Source of the DNA: an uncultured Clostridia bacterium
GTDB lineage: Bacteria; Bacillota; Clostridia; Christensenellales; UBA1242
Length of the DNA: 64,000 nt
NCBI GenBank assembly: GCA_946496065.1
Contig: CAMMFF010000005.1
Coordinates: forward strand, 11,397-75,396
Reading direction: 5' to 3'
In this document: piece after piece, positions 56,042-64,000 of the stretch
How positions within the stretch are numbered: the stretch's first letter is position 1
Layout of the letters: each line of letters starts with the position of its first letter
Made by a program: the position numbers and the translations under genes
The notes under the pieces: generated by a model
What the model saw: only the letters and a program-made list of their open reading frames with translations
The model's database searches: none
Told to the model about the DNA's origin: nothing

Positions 56042-56779
56042 TTAAACTTTTTCTTTTTGTGTTTCGAATTGATTTTCAAAATCTATAAAGCCTTTTTCAA
56101 AAACTTTTGCACCATTATGGAGTTTTTCATCTTTTTTGTCATAAAAAATATCCATGATGTCAATAATTGTTTGATTTGAAACTGCTCTGAAAGATATGAG
56201 TGCTTCAGGTGTATCAAAACGGACTACTTCTTTGTTGAGAAAAGCAAAGTAATGTTGACTGATTAAAGAAACGACATGGTCTGATTTCAAAAATTCTTCA
56301 GGAACAGATTTGAGAGCAGAGTAAACTTTTTCAGGAACTTCAAAATGTCCTTCCACAAAATATTTGATTGCATTCTTTCGTCTGGTTTCAAGAGATTCTT
56401 TTGTGTCTTGAAAAACATCAAGATTTTCACTCCTATAAATTTCTTGGGTGAAATCTGATGCTTTTGCTGCAATGTATTTTTCAATTGGTTCAGCAATTTG
56501 TTGACAGGCAGTTTGAAGAATTGTCATTTCTGTCAAGTTTTTTGTGTGCATATATGAATGAATTTTATTTTTTGGAATTGTGAATTTGACGCAATAATCC
56601 TTAAAAACATTCATAAATGGGCCAACTTCAATCATCAGATTCCCATTTTCGTCCAATCCCATATCTGTCAAATAGAAATTGCAGTCTTTAAATGCTCCTT
56701 TTATGATTTTTCCAGATTTGTTAATCAAACCATCTTCTTGCATTTTTAATTCAAATTGAGTAGGTTTTAATCCTGGCAT
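56042..56779 (-). CDS. hypothetical protein (245 aa)
   Basis: AGGAG SD. No motif recognised. Confidence 0.6.
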   Translation of the reverse strand: MPGLKPTQFELKMQEDGLINKSGKIIKGAFKDCNFYLTDMGLDENGNLMIEVGPFMNVFKDYCVKFTIPKNKIHSYMHTKNLTEMTILQTACQQIAEPIEKYIAAKASDFTQEIYRSENLDVFQDTKESLETRRKNAIKYFVEGHFEVPEKVYSALKSVPEEFLKSDHVVSLISQHYFAFLNKEVVRFDTPEALISFRAVSNQTIIDIMDIFYDKKDEKLHNGAKVFEKGFIDFENQFETQKEKV

Positions 56780-56893
56780 AATAAATCTCCTTTTTCAATA
56801 AAATTATTTTAACATAAAACCGTTTAAATGTCAATATGTTTCAAAAAACATAGAATTTGCATAAAAAAACACATTTTTGTTAAAAATCATGGC

Positions 56894-58660
56894 ATGGATA
56901 AGATCTTTTTTCCGACTTCAAATGGTGTGGTTGTTCATGCTGATGACAAAAAAGTGATTTCCGCCATAAATTGTGACGGACAGAAAAAGTTGAAAAGTTT
57001 CAAAGAAAAAAACAAAATAATATTTTGGCATTTTCCTTTTATGAGGGGGTTCCAATTCTTTTTTTGTGGAATTTTTGGATTTTTTCAAGCACTTTTGCTT
57101 TCTTATGATTTATGTAACGCAAACAAAAAAGTTAAGACAAAAGAAATTAACAAATTCTACACACAAAAATTGATTATTGTTGGTTTGGTTGCACTTTTGG
57201 CCATCATTTTTTCAGCAATAGTGTTGGGCTTGCTACCAGGAAAACTTGGATATTTGATTGTGGACTATAAAGGTAGCGAACTGTTGAGAAATATTGTTAT
57301 TTTTGTTTTTAAATTGATTTTATTCTTTCTTTTTGTTTTGGCACTGCGTGTTTTTCCCGTTGTTGTGGAATGTTTTAGATTTAATAAAGCTGGAGAAATT
57401 GTTTTAAGAGATTTTGAAAAAGACAAAGAAAAATCTCAAAAAAAAGATAAAAATATTAAAAAAATCAAAAATTTGAATTCTTTTATTGTGAAAAATTCGA
57501 ATTTAACACCAAATTTTTTGAATTACTTGATTTTTGTTTTTGTTTTGGATTTTCTTGTGGTAACATTATGGGGAGCAGATTATGGTTTTTGGTTTAACAT
57601 TGCTTTGAATGTTGCAGTGTTTCTTGTTTGTGTGAGTTTGGCTTATGAAATTTTGTGGCTACTGAATTTGCCAAAATGCAAAATAATTGGGAAATTGCAA
57701 TATCTAACCGCTTTTTTAGTTTTCGACAAACCAACGACAACACACATTGAAACGGTTATGGTGGCTATGACAGAAATCAATTTGCTGACCAACCAAAAGG
57801 AAAGAGAGTTTATGGATGACGAAAACAAAAAGGCTTTTTCTGTTGTATATACTCAAGTTAAGAACAAACTTTATAATGCGGGAATTACTGACAAAAGCGA
57901 TGCTGATTGGATTATTGCCACTGTGCTTGGCAAAAACAGAGCAGAAATCAAACTGCTTTCTTTTGTTACAGACAAGCAATATCAAGAAATCATGAAAGCA
58001 ACAGAAAGACGAGCAAAGGGAGAAAGCATAGACAACATATTTGGTTATACAGAATTTTATGGTTTGCGTTTTGATGTAAACAAAAAAGTTCTGACGCCAA
58101 GAATGGAAACGGAAATTTTGGTTGAACAGGTTTTGAAAGCTGAAAAGAACTTTAAAAACGCTACCATTTTGGATTTGGGAACGGGTTCGGGTGCAATTGC
58201 TGTTTCCATTGCAAAAAACTCTGATGCTGATGTGACTGCTGTTGACATAAGCAAGTCTGCTCTTTTGACAGCGGAAGCAAATGCAAAGAAAAATGATGTT
58301 AAAATTGAATTTTTACATTCAAATTTGTTTGATAACTTGAAAAGAAAGCGTAAGTTTGATATAATTGTGTCAAATCCACCATATATCCCAACAAAAGAAA
58401 TTGAAAAATTGGATAAAAATGTCAAAGAGTGCGATCCGGTTCTTGCTTTGGACGGAGGGGAAGATGGACTTGACTTTTATCGAAAGATTGCAGAACATGC
58501 ACCATTGAGATTAAATCAAAATGGTTTGATTTTCTTTGAAGTTGGAAAAGGACAGGCGAAAGCCGTTCGAAAAATTTTGAGGGATAATGGATTCGAAGAT
58601 ATTAAAACAATAAAAGACTATAATAAGATTGAAAGGGTGATTTGTGGAAAACGAAAGTAA
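56894..58660 (+). CDS. prmC: fusion protein: DUF1385-like polytopic membrane domain + release-factor glutamine methyltransferase PrmC
   Basis: The N-terminal ~310 aa carry FPFMRGFQFF... and several TM helices (DUF1385-like). The C-terminal ~280 aa carry DLGTGSGAIAV (SAM-binding) and IIVSNPPYIP (NPPY). Confidence 0.8.
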   Translation: MDKIFFPTSNGVVVHADDKKVISAINCDGQKKLKSFKEKNKIIFWHFPFMRGFQFFFCGIFGFFQALLLSYDLCNANKKVKTKEINKFYTQKLIIVGLVALLAIIFSAIVLGLLPGKLGYLIVDYKGSELLRNIVIFVFKLILFFLFVLALRVFPVVVECFRFNKAGEIVLRDFEKDKEKSQKKDKNIKKIKNLNSFIVKNSNLTPNFLNYLIFVFVLDFLVVTLWGADYGFWFNIALNVAVFLVCVSLAYEILWLLNLPKCKIIGKLQYLTAFLVFDKPTTTHIETVMVAMTEINLLTNQKEREFMDDENKKAFSVVYTQVKNKLYNAGITDKSDADWIIATVLGKNRAEIKLLSFVTDKQYQEIMKATERRAKGESIDNIFGYTEFYGLRFDVNKKVLTPRMETEILVEQVLKAEKNFKNATILDLGTGSGAIAVSIAKNSDADVTAVDISKSALLTAEANAKKNDVKIEFLHSNLFDNLKRKRKFDIIVSNPPYIPTKEIEKLDKNVKECDPVLALDGGEDGLDFYRKIAEHAPLRLNQNGLIFFEVGKGQAKAVRKILRDNGFEDIKTIKDYNKIERVICGKRK

Positions 58661-59735
58661 AGAATTATTGGTAAAGACAGAAAAATCAAAGGTTAGGTTT
58701 GATGAATTGACTGACCTTATTTCTCGTCCGGAAATTATTGCTGACAACAAAGAATGGAAAAAATTGGTCAAAGAAAGAAGTTCTTTGGAAGAATTGGCAA
58801 GTGCACACGAAGAATTGAAGAAGTGTGTTAATGACTTGGAAAACTGTGAGAATGATTTGAAAAATGAAAAAGATGCCGAGATGAAAGCTCTATTTGAAAG
58901 CGAAATTCAAAGGCTTAACGAACAGATTGACAAAATTGTTGAGAATATCAAAATTTTGTTGTTGCCTAAAGATGAAAATGACGACAGCAATGCCATTGTC
59001 GAAATTCGTTCCGCAGCGGGCGGAGAAGAATCCGCTCTTTTTTGCCTGGAACTTTGTCGTATGTATTCTCATTATGCAGAGAAAAAACACTGGAAAGTTG
59101 AATACATTGACATGTCAGAAACAGAAATAGGCGGAATCAAAGAAGCAACATTGATGATTAAGGGTAAGGGTGCCTATGCTCGTATGAAATATGAGAGCGG
59201 GGTGCACAGAGTTCAAAGAGTTCCAGAAACAGAAAGTCAAGGAAGAATTCACACATCAACTGCAACAGTTGCTGTTTTGCCAGAAGTTGAAGATATTGAC
59301 ATTGAGATTTCAGACAAAGATTTGAGAATTGATGTTTATCACTCTGGTGGTGCTGGTGGGCAAAATGTAAACAAAGTTGAGACTGCGATTCGTATTACAT
59401 ACCTTCCACTTAATATTGTGGTTACATGTCAAGACGAAAGAAGCCAACTTAAGAACAAAGAAAAAGCAATGAACATTTTGAAAGCAAAACTTTATGACTA
59501 TTATGAAGAACAACGAAACAGTGAATATGATCAAAATAGAAAAAATCAAGTTGGTCGTGGAAACAGAAATGAGAGAATCAGAACTTATAACTATCCTCAG
59601 GGCAGAGTGACAGACCACAGAACAAACCTTTCTTCCTATGATTTGGAAGGTGTCCTTAATGGTGACCTTGATCAATTTATTGATGCAATGATCTTGAAAG
59701 TTCAAACTGAGTTGTTGAATGCAGAGACAAAATAA
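58644..59735 (+). CDS. prfA: peptide chain release factor 1
   Basis: RVPETESQGRIHTS (PxT region) and HSGGAGGQNVNKVETA (GGQ). The GTG start overlaps the prmC stop by 17 nt. Confidence 0.95.
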   Translation: MENESKELLVKTEKSKVRFDELTDLISRPEIIADNKEWKKLVKERSSLEELASAHEELKKCVNDLENCENDLKNEKDAEMKALFESEIQRLNEQIDKIVENIKILLLPKDENDDSNAIVEIRSAAGGEESALFCLELCRMYSHYAEKKHWKVEYIDMSETEIGGIKEATLMIKGKGAYARMKYESGVHRVQRVPETESQGRIHTSTATVAVLPEVEDIDIEISDKDLRIDVYHSGGAGGQNVNKVETAIRITYLPLNIVVTCQDERSQLKNKEKAMNILKAKLYDYYEEQRNSEYDQNRKNQVGRGNRNERIRTYNYPQGRVTDHRTNLSSYDLEGVLNGDLDQFIDAMILKVQTELLNAETK

Positions 59736-59749
59736 TAAAAAAGAAAAAA

Positions 59750-59776
59750 AAAGAGAAAATGCCATTCTCTTTTTTT
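59750..59776 (+). terminator. intrinsic terminator
   Basis: AAAGAGAA / TTCTCTTT stem followed by a T-run. Confidence 0.6.
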
Positions 59777-59804
59777 ATATGGAAAATTCCAAACAAAAAT
59801 TTTA

Positions 59805-59836
59805 TAACAAAAAAGACACCACACTGTGATGTCTTT
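59805..59836 (-). terminator. probable terminator of the small membrane-protein gene
   Basis: AAAGACA.CAC / GTG.TGTCTTT imperfect stem with a T-run on the minus strand. Confidence 0.45.
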
Positions 59837-59865
59837 TTCTCTTAACGGAGGTGAGATTGTTCTAA

Positions 59866-60231
59866 TTAAATTCGGAGGAGTAAATTAAGTGCAGCACCAG
59901 CATATTTATCATCAAAGATACCGAATGCATCAAGAATCATAGGTAAGAACAAGTTGAAGAAGAGAATCAATACAACAACTACTACGATTGACACGATGAT
60001 GTTTATCAAACGTTTTTTGTTTTCATCTCTTTGTTCAGCGGATTCTGCTCTTGCCATTTTGACACCAACATAGATTGCATAGATTGCTCCTGCAGCACCA
60101 ACCAACACCAACAATACCCAAAGCACTGTTTGAAGGGTGCTCAAAAGAGTTTCCAACCAACTCCATTCTTCACTAAGGTTTGCAATAATGTCTGTCCAAC
60201 CTACACCTAACATTGAATTCAAAAAGTTCAT
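59866..60231 (-). CDS. small two-TM membrane protein (121 aa)
   Basis: GGAGG lies 8 nt upstream of ATG 60231. Two hydrophobic helices flank KMARAESAEQRDENKKR. The resemblance to pilin-like/VirB2-type proteins is only impressionistic. Confidence 0.55.
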   Translation of the reverse strand: MNFLNSMLGVGWTDIIANLSEEWSWLETLLSTLQTVLWVLLVLVGAAGAIYAIYVGVKMARAESAEQRDENKKRLINIIVSIVVVVVLILFFNLFLPMILDAFGIFDDKYAGAALNLLLRI

Positions 60232-60466
60232 AAATTTATCCTCCAATTATTTCTCTTTTATTGTTCTCAAAAGACTTGAATAATATTCTTATCTTTGATT
60301 ACAAAAGAATAATATCATAAATAAAAAAAAATTCCAAACGTTTTGACAAAAAATTATAAAAATTTTTAAAAATATTTTTTTGGAATTTTTTTCTATTTAT
60401 TTAACGGCGGAAAAAATTTTTTCATTCGGTAAAATTGAGGATTAAATTTATAATTAAAAATATTTT

Positions 60467-60634
60467 TTAAACCAAGTTATTAAAGCAACGGCAACCTTGA
60501 TAATTTACATTATTATTGCTGTTTGAAAGCCCAAGCAAAAGCAGAAGCAAGATGTTTGTGTTGGTTGCAAGATTTGTGTCATTTGAAGAGCTTAACACCG
60601 AAAGCAGAAACACCCATAAAATATCTTGTGACAT
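60467..60634 (-). CDS. possible 55-aa hydrophobic peptide
   Basis: AAGGAGGG lies 4 nt upstream of ATG 60634. Translation: MSQDILWVFLLSVLSSSNDTNLATNTNILLLLLLGLSNSNNNVNYQGCRCFNNLV. Confidence 0.4.
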   Translation of the reverse strand: MSQDILWVFLLSVLSSSNDTNLATNTNILLLLLLGLSNSNNNVNYQGCRCFNNLV

Positions 60635-60833
60635 AATTCCCTCCTTTTCAACAAAATATTTCAAAATAAGCCCAAAAGAGTTTTTTTTCTTTTTGACTTT
60701 TTATCTTTTGTTTGGGAAAATATTATTGAAAGAAAAATCTTTCAGTGCAACCATTAAGAAGTTGTCTTAATGTTTGTTGCTTTGGTTTAATATATGTGAG
60801 CGAAAGGTTAAATGTTACCAAAAAGGAGAAAAA

Positions 60834-61169
60834 ATGAATAAATTGTTGAGAATTACCGAAAGAAACAAATTTGAAATGCAGGATCTGCTTCCAAATGACA
60901 GTTGCACAAACAAGTTGGCATTATATTTTCAAAATTTTTCTGACCAGACAAGAATCAAAATCTTGTCTGCTCTTTCCATCAAAGAATTGTGTGTGAATGA
61001 TTTGTCAAAACTTCTTGGAATCAATCAAACCACTATCTCTCATCAACTTAAGACTTTGAAGGACCAAGACATGGTGGAATATAAGAGAGAAGGGAAGATT
61101 TTGATTTATCGCATCAAATCTCCTATTGTCAATGAGATGATGATGTATGCTGTCAAAAGTTTGTCTTAG
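60834..61169 (+). CDS. ArsR/SmtB-family transcriptional regulator
   Basis: SDQTRIKILSAL...ELCVNDLSKLLGINQTTISHQLKTLK. AAGGAG SD. Confidence 0.8.
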   Translation: MNKLLRITERNKFEMQDLLPNDSCTNKLALYFQNFSDQTRIKILSALSIKELCVNDLSKLLGINQTTISHQLKTLKDQDMVEYKREGKILIYRIKSPIVNEMMMYAVKSLS

Positions 61170-61192
61170 GGAAATGAGATTCTTCGACTGCA

Positions 61193-61379
61193 CTGCGTTT
61201 CGCTCAGAATGACATTATAGAAAACGACTCGTTTTGCTTAGAATGACATTGTAGAAAACGATTGCGTTTTGCTTAAAATATAGAGAAGTTTTTTGACTGT
61301 GATCCGCTCAGAATGACTGTGCAGGGAATGATTGTACTATGTTTTGCTCAGAATGACGATGTAGAAAAGGCTATAGACT
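61193..61379 (+). repeat. five degenerate tandem repeats of about 35 bp
   Basis: Unit consensus GCGTTTTGCTYAGAATGACATTRTAGAAAACGAYT, with unit starts at about 61193, 61230, 61264, 61299 and 61334. The better units can fold as a CGTTTT...AAAACG hairpin. Confidence 0.75.
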
Positions 61380-61414
61380 GGTGACAAAGTTAGATTTGTT
61401 TACAACTTTTTAAG

Positions 61415-61443
61415 TTGACAAAATTTTCAAAAGAAAGTATAAT
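61415..61443 (+). promoter_or_regulatory. consensus promoter placed for a leaderless queH transcript
   Basis: TTGACA (61415-61420), 17 nt, TATAAT (61438-61443). ATG 61451 lies 7 nt downstream and there is no SD. Confidence 0.65.
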
Positions 61444-61450
61444 TTGGGGC

Positions 61451-61996
61451 ATGAAGAAAAAATTGTTGCTACATTCTTGTTGTGGACCATGTTCGACGGT
61501 TGTTATTGAAAGGTTGAAAGATGACTTTGATGTGACCGTTTTCTATTTTAATCCAAACATTGAACCAAAAGAAGAATATGAAAAAAGAAAGGTTGAACAA
61601 CAGAAAGTTTGTGAATTTTTCAATGTCCCTTTTATTGATTATGATTATGACAATGCTGGATGGCACAAATTTGTTGAAGGCCTTGAAAATGAAAGAGAAG
61701 GTGGGGATAGATGTGAAAAATGTTTTCTTTTCAGATTGAATTGCACTGCAAAATATGCCAAAGAAAATGGATTCGAAATTTTTGCGACCACACTTTCTGT
61801 GAGTCCACATAAAAATACATTGGTCATAAACAAGGTGGGGGAAAAATTTTCAAAAGAAATTGAGATTGAATTTTTGCCAGAAAATTTCAAAAAGAAAGAT
61901 GGATATTTGAGAAGCATCAATCTTTCTAAGGAACTTGAACTTTACAGACAAAATTATTGTGGTTGCAGTTTTGCAAACTGGAATTTGAAAAAATAA
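61451..61996 (+). CDS. queH: epoxyqueuosine reductase QueH (DUF208)
   Basis: LLHSCCGPCS and GGDRCEKCFLFRL Cys motifs, with a C-terminal YRQNYCGC. Confidence 0.8.
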   Translation: MKKKLLLHSCCGPCSTVVIERLKDDFDVTVFYFNPNIEPKEEYEKRKVEQQKVCEFFNVPFIDYDYDNAGWHKFVEGLENEREGGDRCEKCFLFRLNCTAKYAKENGFEIFATTLSVSPHKNTLVINKVGEKFSKEIEIEFLPENFKKKDGYLRSINLSKELELYRQNYCGCSFANWNLKK

Positions 61997-62006
61997 ATTT
62001 TGGAGA

Positions 62007-62891
62007 TTGATTTTGGGAAAATATAACAAAGATTTCATTCAATATAGTGAAGAAAAAGTGAAAGATGAAACAAAACATCTTGCTTTGTATTTTACCACGC
62101 ACATTTTTCTTTATATTATATTGATATTTTTTCTGATTTTCTTTGCTTGGTACACAGTTTTCATTACCACTCACAAATTTTATGAAGTCAGAGGCGTTTC
62201 AATGATGCCAACACTCAACAATCAAATCACAGAAGAACAACTTATTAATGACACCGAAAATGCACAAAACTTGGCTTACGATGCAGTGTATGTTGACAAA
62301 ATTACAAATCCGGAAATTTTTGACATCATTGTTGTTGAACGACCAGGCTCTTCAAGTGTCATTAAGCGATTGATGGCGAAGGAAGGAGATTATATTACGA
62401 TTGCAAAAGGAGAATCTCCAAATGGTGCAGAATGTTTTTATTTCTACAGAATCCCAAGTGGAGTTAATCCTGAGGATTACAGTGACGAACAAGCATTGGT
62501 AAAAGAAAACGGTGAAAATGGTTATCAAATTTACAACAGTGAAACGCTTTGGATTCATAAAGCTAAATCTCAAATTGTAACGGCTTCAATAGGTCCTTGG
62601 GAGTATGAATATAATTTCTATTCAACATTTCTTGCTCGTTATGAAATTGACAGTGATGGATATTATGTTTCTGAAAGTGGACTGGTCTATGTTCAAGTTC
62701 CAGAAAATATGGTCTTCTATATGGGCGACAACAGAGAATATTCGTCCGATTGTCGTGAAAATGGTTTCTGCAATGAGGACTATATTGTTGGCAGGGCGGA
62801 ATTTATTGTATATGATTACAACTTTGCAAATCGTCTATGGGAAGTTATCAAATTCTACTTCAGAGAAATGGAGGATTTCTTTGCCAGATAA
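62007..62891 (+). CDS. lepB: signal peptidase I (long form)
   Basis: RGVSMMPTL (Ser nucleophile), VIKRLMAKEGD (Lys) and GDNREYSSDCR. TTG start at 62007 or 62013, after GGAG. Confidence 0.85.
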   Translation: MILGKYNKDFIQYSEEKVKDETKHLALYFTTHIFLYIILIFFLIFFAWYTVFITTHKFYEVRGVSMMPTLNNQITEEQLINDTENAQNLAYDAVYVDKITNPEIFDIIVVERPGSSSVIKRLMAKEGDYITIAKGESPNGAECFYFYRIPSGVNPEDYSDEQALVKENGENGYQIYNSETLWIHKAKSQIVTASIGPWEYEYNFYSTFLARYEIDSDGYYVSESGLVYVQVPENMVFYMGDNREYSSDCRENGFCNEDYIVGRAEFIVYDYNFANRLWEVIKFYFREMEDFFAR

Positions 62892-62996
62892 TTTTCTTTG
62901 TTTTTATGCGTTTTTATTTGCTAAATCCCTTTATTTATGCTAGAATAACAATAGCATTGATATGCGAAATTATCATCAAAAGGAGATAGATTAAAG

Positions 62997-63272
62997 ATGA
63001 ACAAAGGTGAATTCATTAAAGCAGTTGCTGAAAAAGCAAATTGCACACAAAAAGACGCAGGTATTGTTTTTGATGCTGTTATCGACACAATCGTTTGCGT
63101 TCTTAAAAAAGGAGAGAAGATTCAAATTCCTGGTTTCGGTTCTTTTGAACTCGTTTCTAAGGCTGCAACTACAAAAATCAATCCTCTCACTAAAAAACCT
63201 GTTAAGGTTGCTGCATGCAAAATGCCTAAATTTAAATTCGGCAAGAGCTTTAAAGCAGTTTTCAATGACTAA
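62997..63272 (+). CDS. hup: DNA-binding protein HU
   Basis: MNKGEFIKAVAEK...IQIPGFGSFE...NPLTKKPVKV. AAGGAG SD. Confidence 0.95.
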   Translation: MNKGEFIKAVAEKANCTQKDAGIVFDAVIDTIVCVLKKGEKIQIPGFGSFELVSKAATTKINPLTKKPVKVAACKMPKFKFGKSFKAVFND

Positions 63273-63283
63273 TGAACATCTTT

Positions 63284-63317
63284 AAAAAAAGTCAACATTT
63301 GTTTGTTGACTTTTTTT
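63284..63317. terminator. bidirectional terminator
   Basis: A7-GTCAACA-TTTGTT-TGTTGAC-T7. Confidence 0.75.
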
Positions 63318-63341
63318 ATTTTGTTGGATTTTTGGAGAGAA

Positions 63342-63430
63342 GGGCGAAAACAGCCAGACAGAGGTTTCTGTCTGGCTCAAAGCCTTGTGAAAAGGCTTTT
63401 GTTTGCACTGCAGTGCAAACTTTTTCGCCC
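63342..63430. other. candidate structured element: perfect four-way junction (closing stem plus three hairpins)
   Basis: Closing stem GGGCGAAAA/TTTTCGCCC. H1 AGCCAGACAG/CTGTCTGGCT, H2 AAAGCCTT/AAGGCTTT, H3 TTTGCAC/GTGCAAA. Junction linkers are only 1-2 nt. Confidence 0.45.
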
Positions 63431-63431
63431 C

Positions 63432-64000
63432 TTATTGTTCTCTTAGTTCTTTTTCCAAGTCTATAATGATATAACCTTGAGGCATTTTGCAAAGAGGACA
63501 TTCCTTGAAACCTTCTTTTGCGATGCTGACATAACCGCAAGAAGAACATTTCCATTCAGTTGGATTGTTGCGTTTATACATCCTATTGCTTTTATAAAGA
63601 GAGGCAAGATAATCCAAAATTCTGTGATGAGTGGATTCAACATTTGCCACCATTTCAAAAGACTTGGCGATATCAAGAAAGCCTTCATCTTTTGCTATTC
63701 TTGCAAAACTTGGATAGATGTTGTCTGCTTCTGATAATTCAATCTTGCTTTCTTCCAAGAGACTGTTTCTCAGTTCTGGCTCTTCAAATGGGAAACCGGC
63801 TTCAATTGATATGTTTTTGACACTGCCATTGCTTTTTTCAATGATGTAGTCATAAAAGATTTTTGCATGAGCCATTTCGTTTTTAGCCAACGTTTTCATG
63901 GTATCAGACAAAAATTGTTGATTGTCTGCCAATGCTTTTTTGGACATGAATTGATATCGTGCACCTGCTTGACATTCTGCCGCAAAAGAACGAGCCAAGT
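63432..64000 (-). CDS. rbr: rubrerythrin (5' end outside window)
   Basis: Ferritin-like diiron region (ECQAGARYQ..., EMAHAKIF, ESTHHRIL) and a C-terminal rubredoxin-like WKCSSCGY...CPLC. Confidence 0.85.
   Translation of the reverse strand, partial: LARSFAAECQAGARYQFMSKKALADNQQFLSDTMKTLAKNEMAHAKIFYDYIIEKSNGSVKNISIEAGFPFEEPELRNSLLEESKIELSEADNIYPSFARIAKDEGFLDIAKSFEMVANVESTHHRILDYLASLYKSNRMYKRNNPTEWKCSSCGYVSIAKEGFKECPLCKMPQGYIIIDLEKELREQ

Noticed and set aside
61193-61379. Possible CRISPR array
   Set aside because: The units are contiguous with no unique spacers, are degenerate rather than near-identical, and no cas genes are present in the window.
63342-63430. Possible tRNA or tRNA-like gene (cloverleaf topology)
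   Set aside because: The stems are 9, 10, 8 and 7 bp with 6-, 5- and 4-nt loops. There is no 7-nt anticodon loop, no GTTC T-loop and no D-loop features, so it is not a tRNA.
63272-63555. ORFs 63272-63466 (+) and 63316-63555 (-)
   Set aside because: They run through the terminator and the four-way-junction element and overlap the rubrerythrin 3' end. They have no SD.

Overview
This is a low-GC, Gram-positive-type (Bacillota-like) chromosomal segment. I read it by hand: calls rest on motif recognition in the supplied ORF translations, hand-folded hairpins and hand-located -35/-10/SD motifs. No BLAST, HMM or folding software was run.

Backbone genes: comEC (3' part)-holA, an HD hydrolase, prs, rlmD, hisS-metG, a helD-like helicase, gyrB-(MazG-like)-gyrA, initiator tRNA-Met, trpF, glnS, mrnC-rlmB-sigH, ychF, secA, rpsF-ssb-rpsR, rpmE, DUF1385::prmC-prfA, queH, lepB, hup and rubrerythrin (5' end outside the window).

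Accessory content:
- cadC-cadA, a flavodoxin and a CAT-like gene.
- An AT-rich island (about 8.9-14.8 kb) carrying a large serine recombinase, next to tRNA-Leu(CAG).
- A small tandem-XRE module (53.7-54.6 kb).

Most unusual observations:
1. A translationally coupled pair (18.7-26.2 kb) in which a 2192-aa membrane-anchored protein is built from about 8 periodic orphan modules.
2. A 1703-aa chimera (44.9-50.1 kb): aldo/keto reductase + repeated orphan modules + membrane hairpin + long charged coiled coil.
3. A MazG-like gene translationally coupled between gyrB and gyrA, with a divergent Fic protein whose catalytic His is replaced.
4. A DnaA-box cluster at 29.57-29.70 kb with no dnaA gene in the window.
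5. A perfect four-way-junction element at 63.34-63.43 kb.
6. A GC-rich 17-mer triad (direct and inverted repeats) bounding about 1.6 kb inside the recombinase island.

No CRISPR array, rRNA, reverse transcriptase or recognisable defence-system core was seen. All novelty claims are hypotheses that need database and structure checks.
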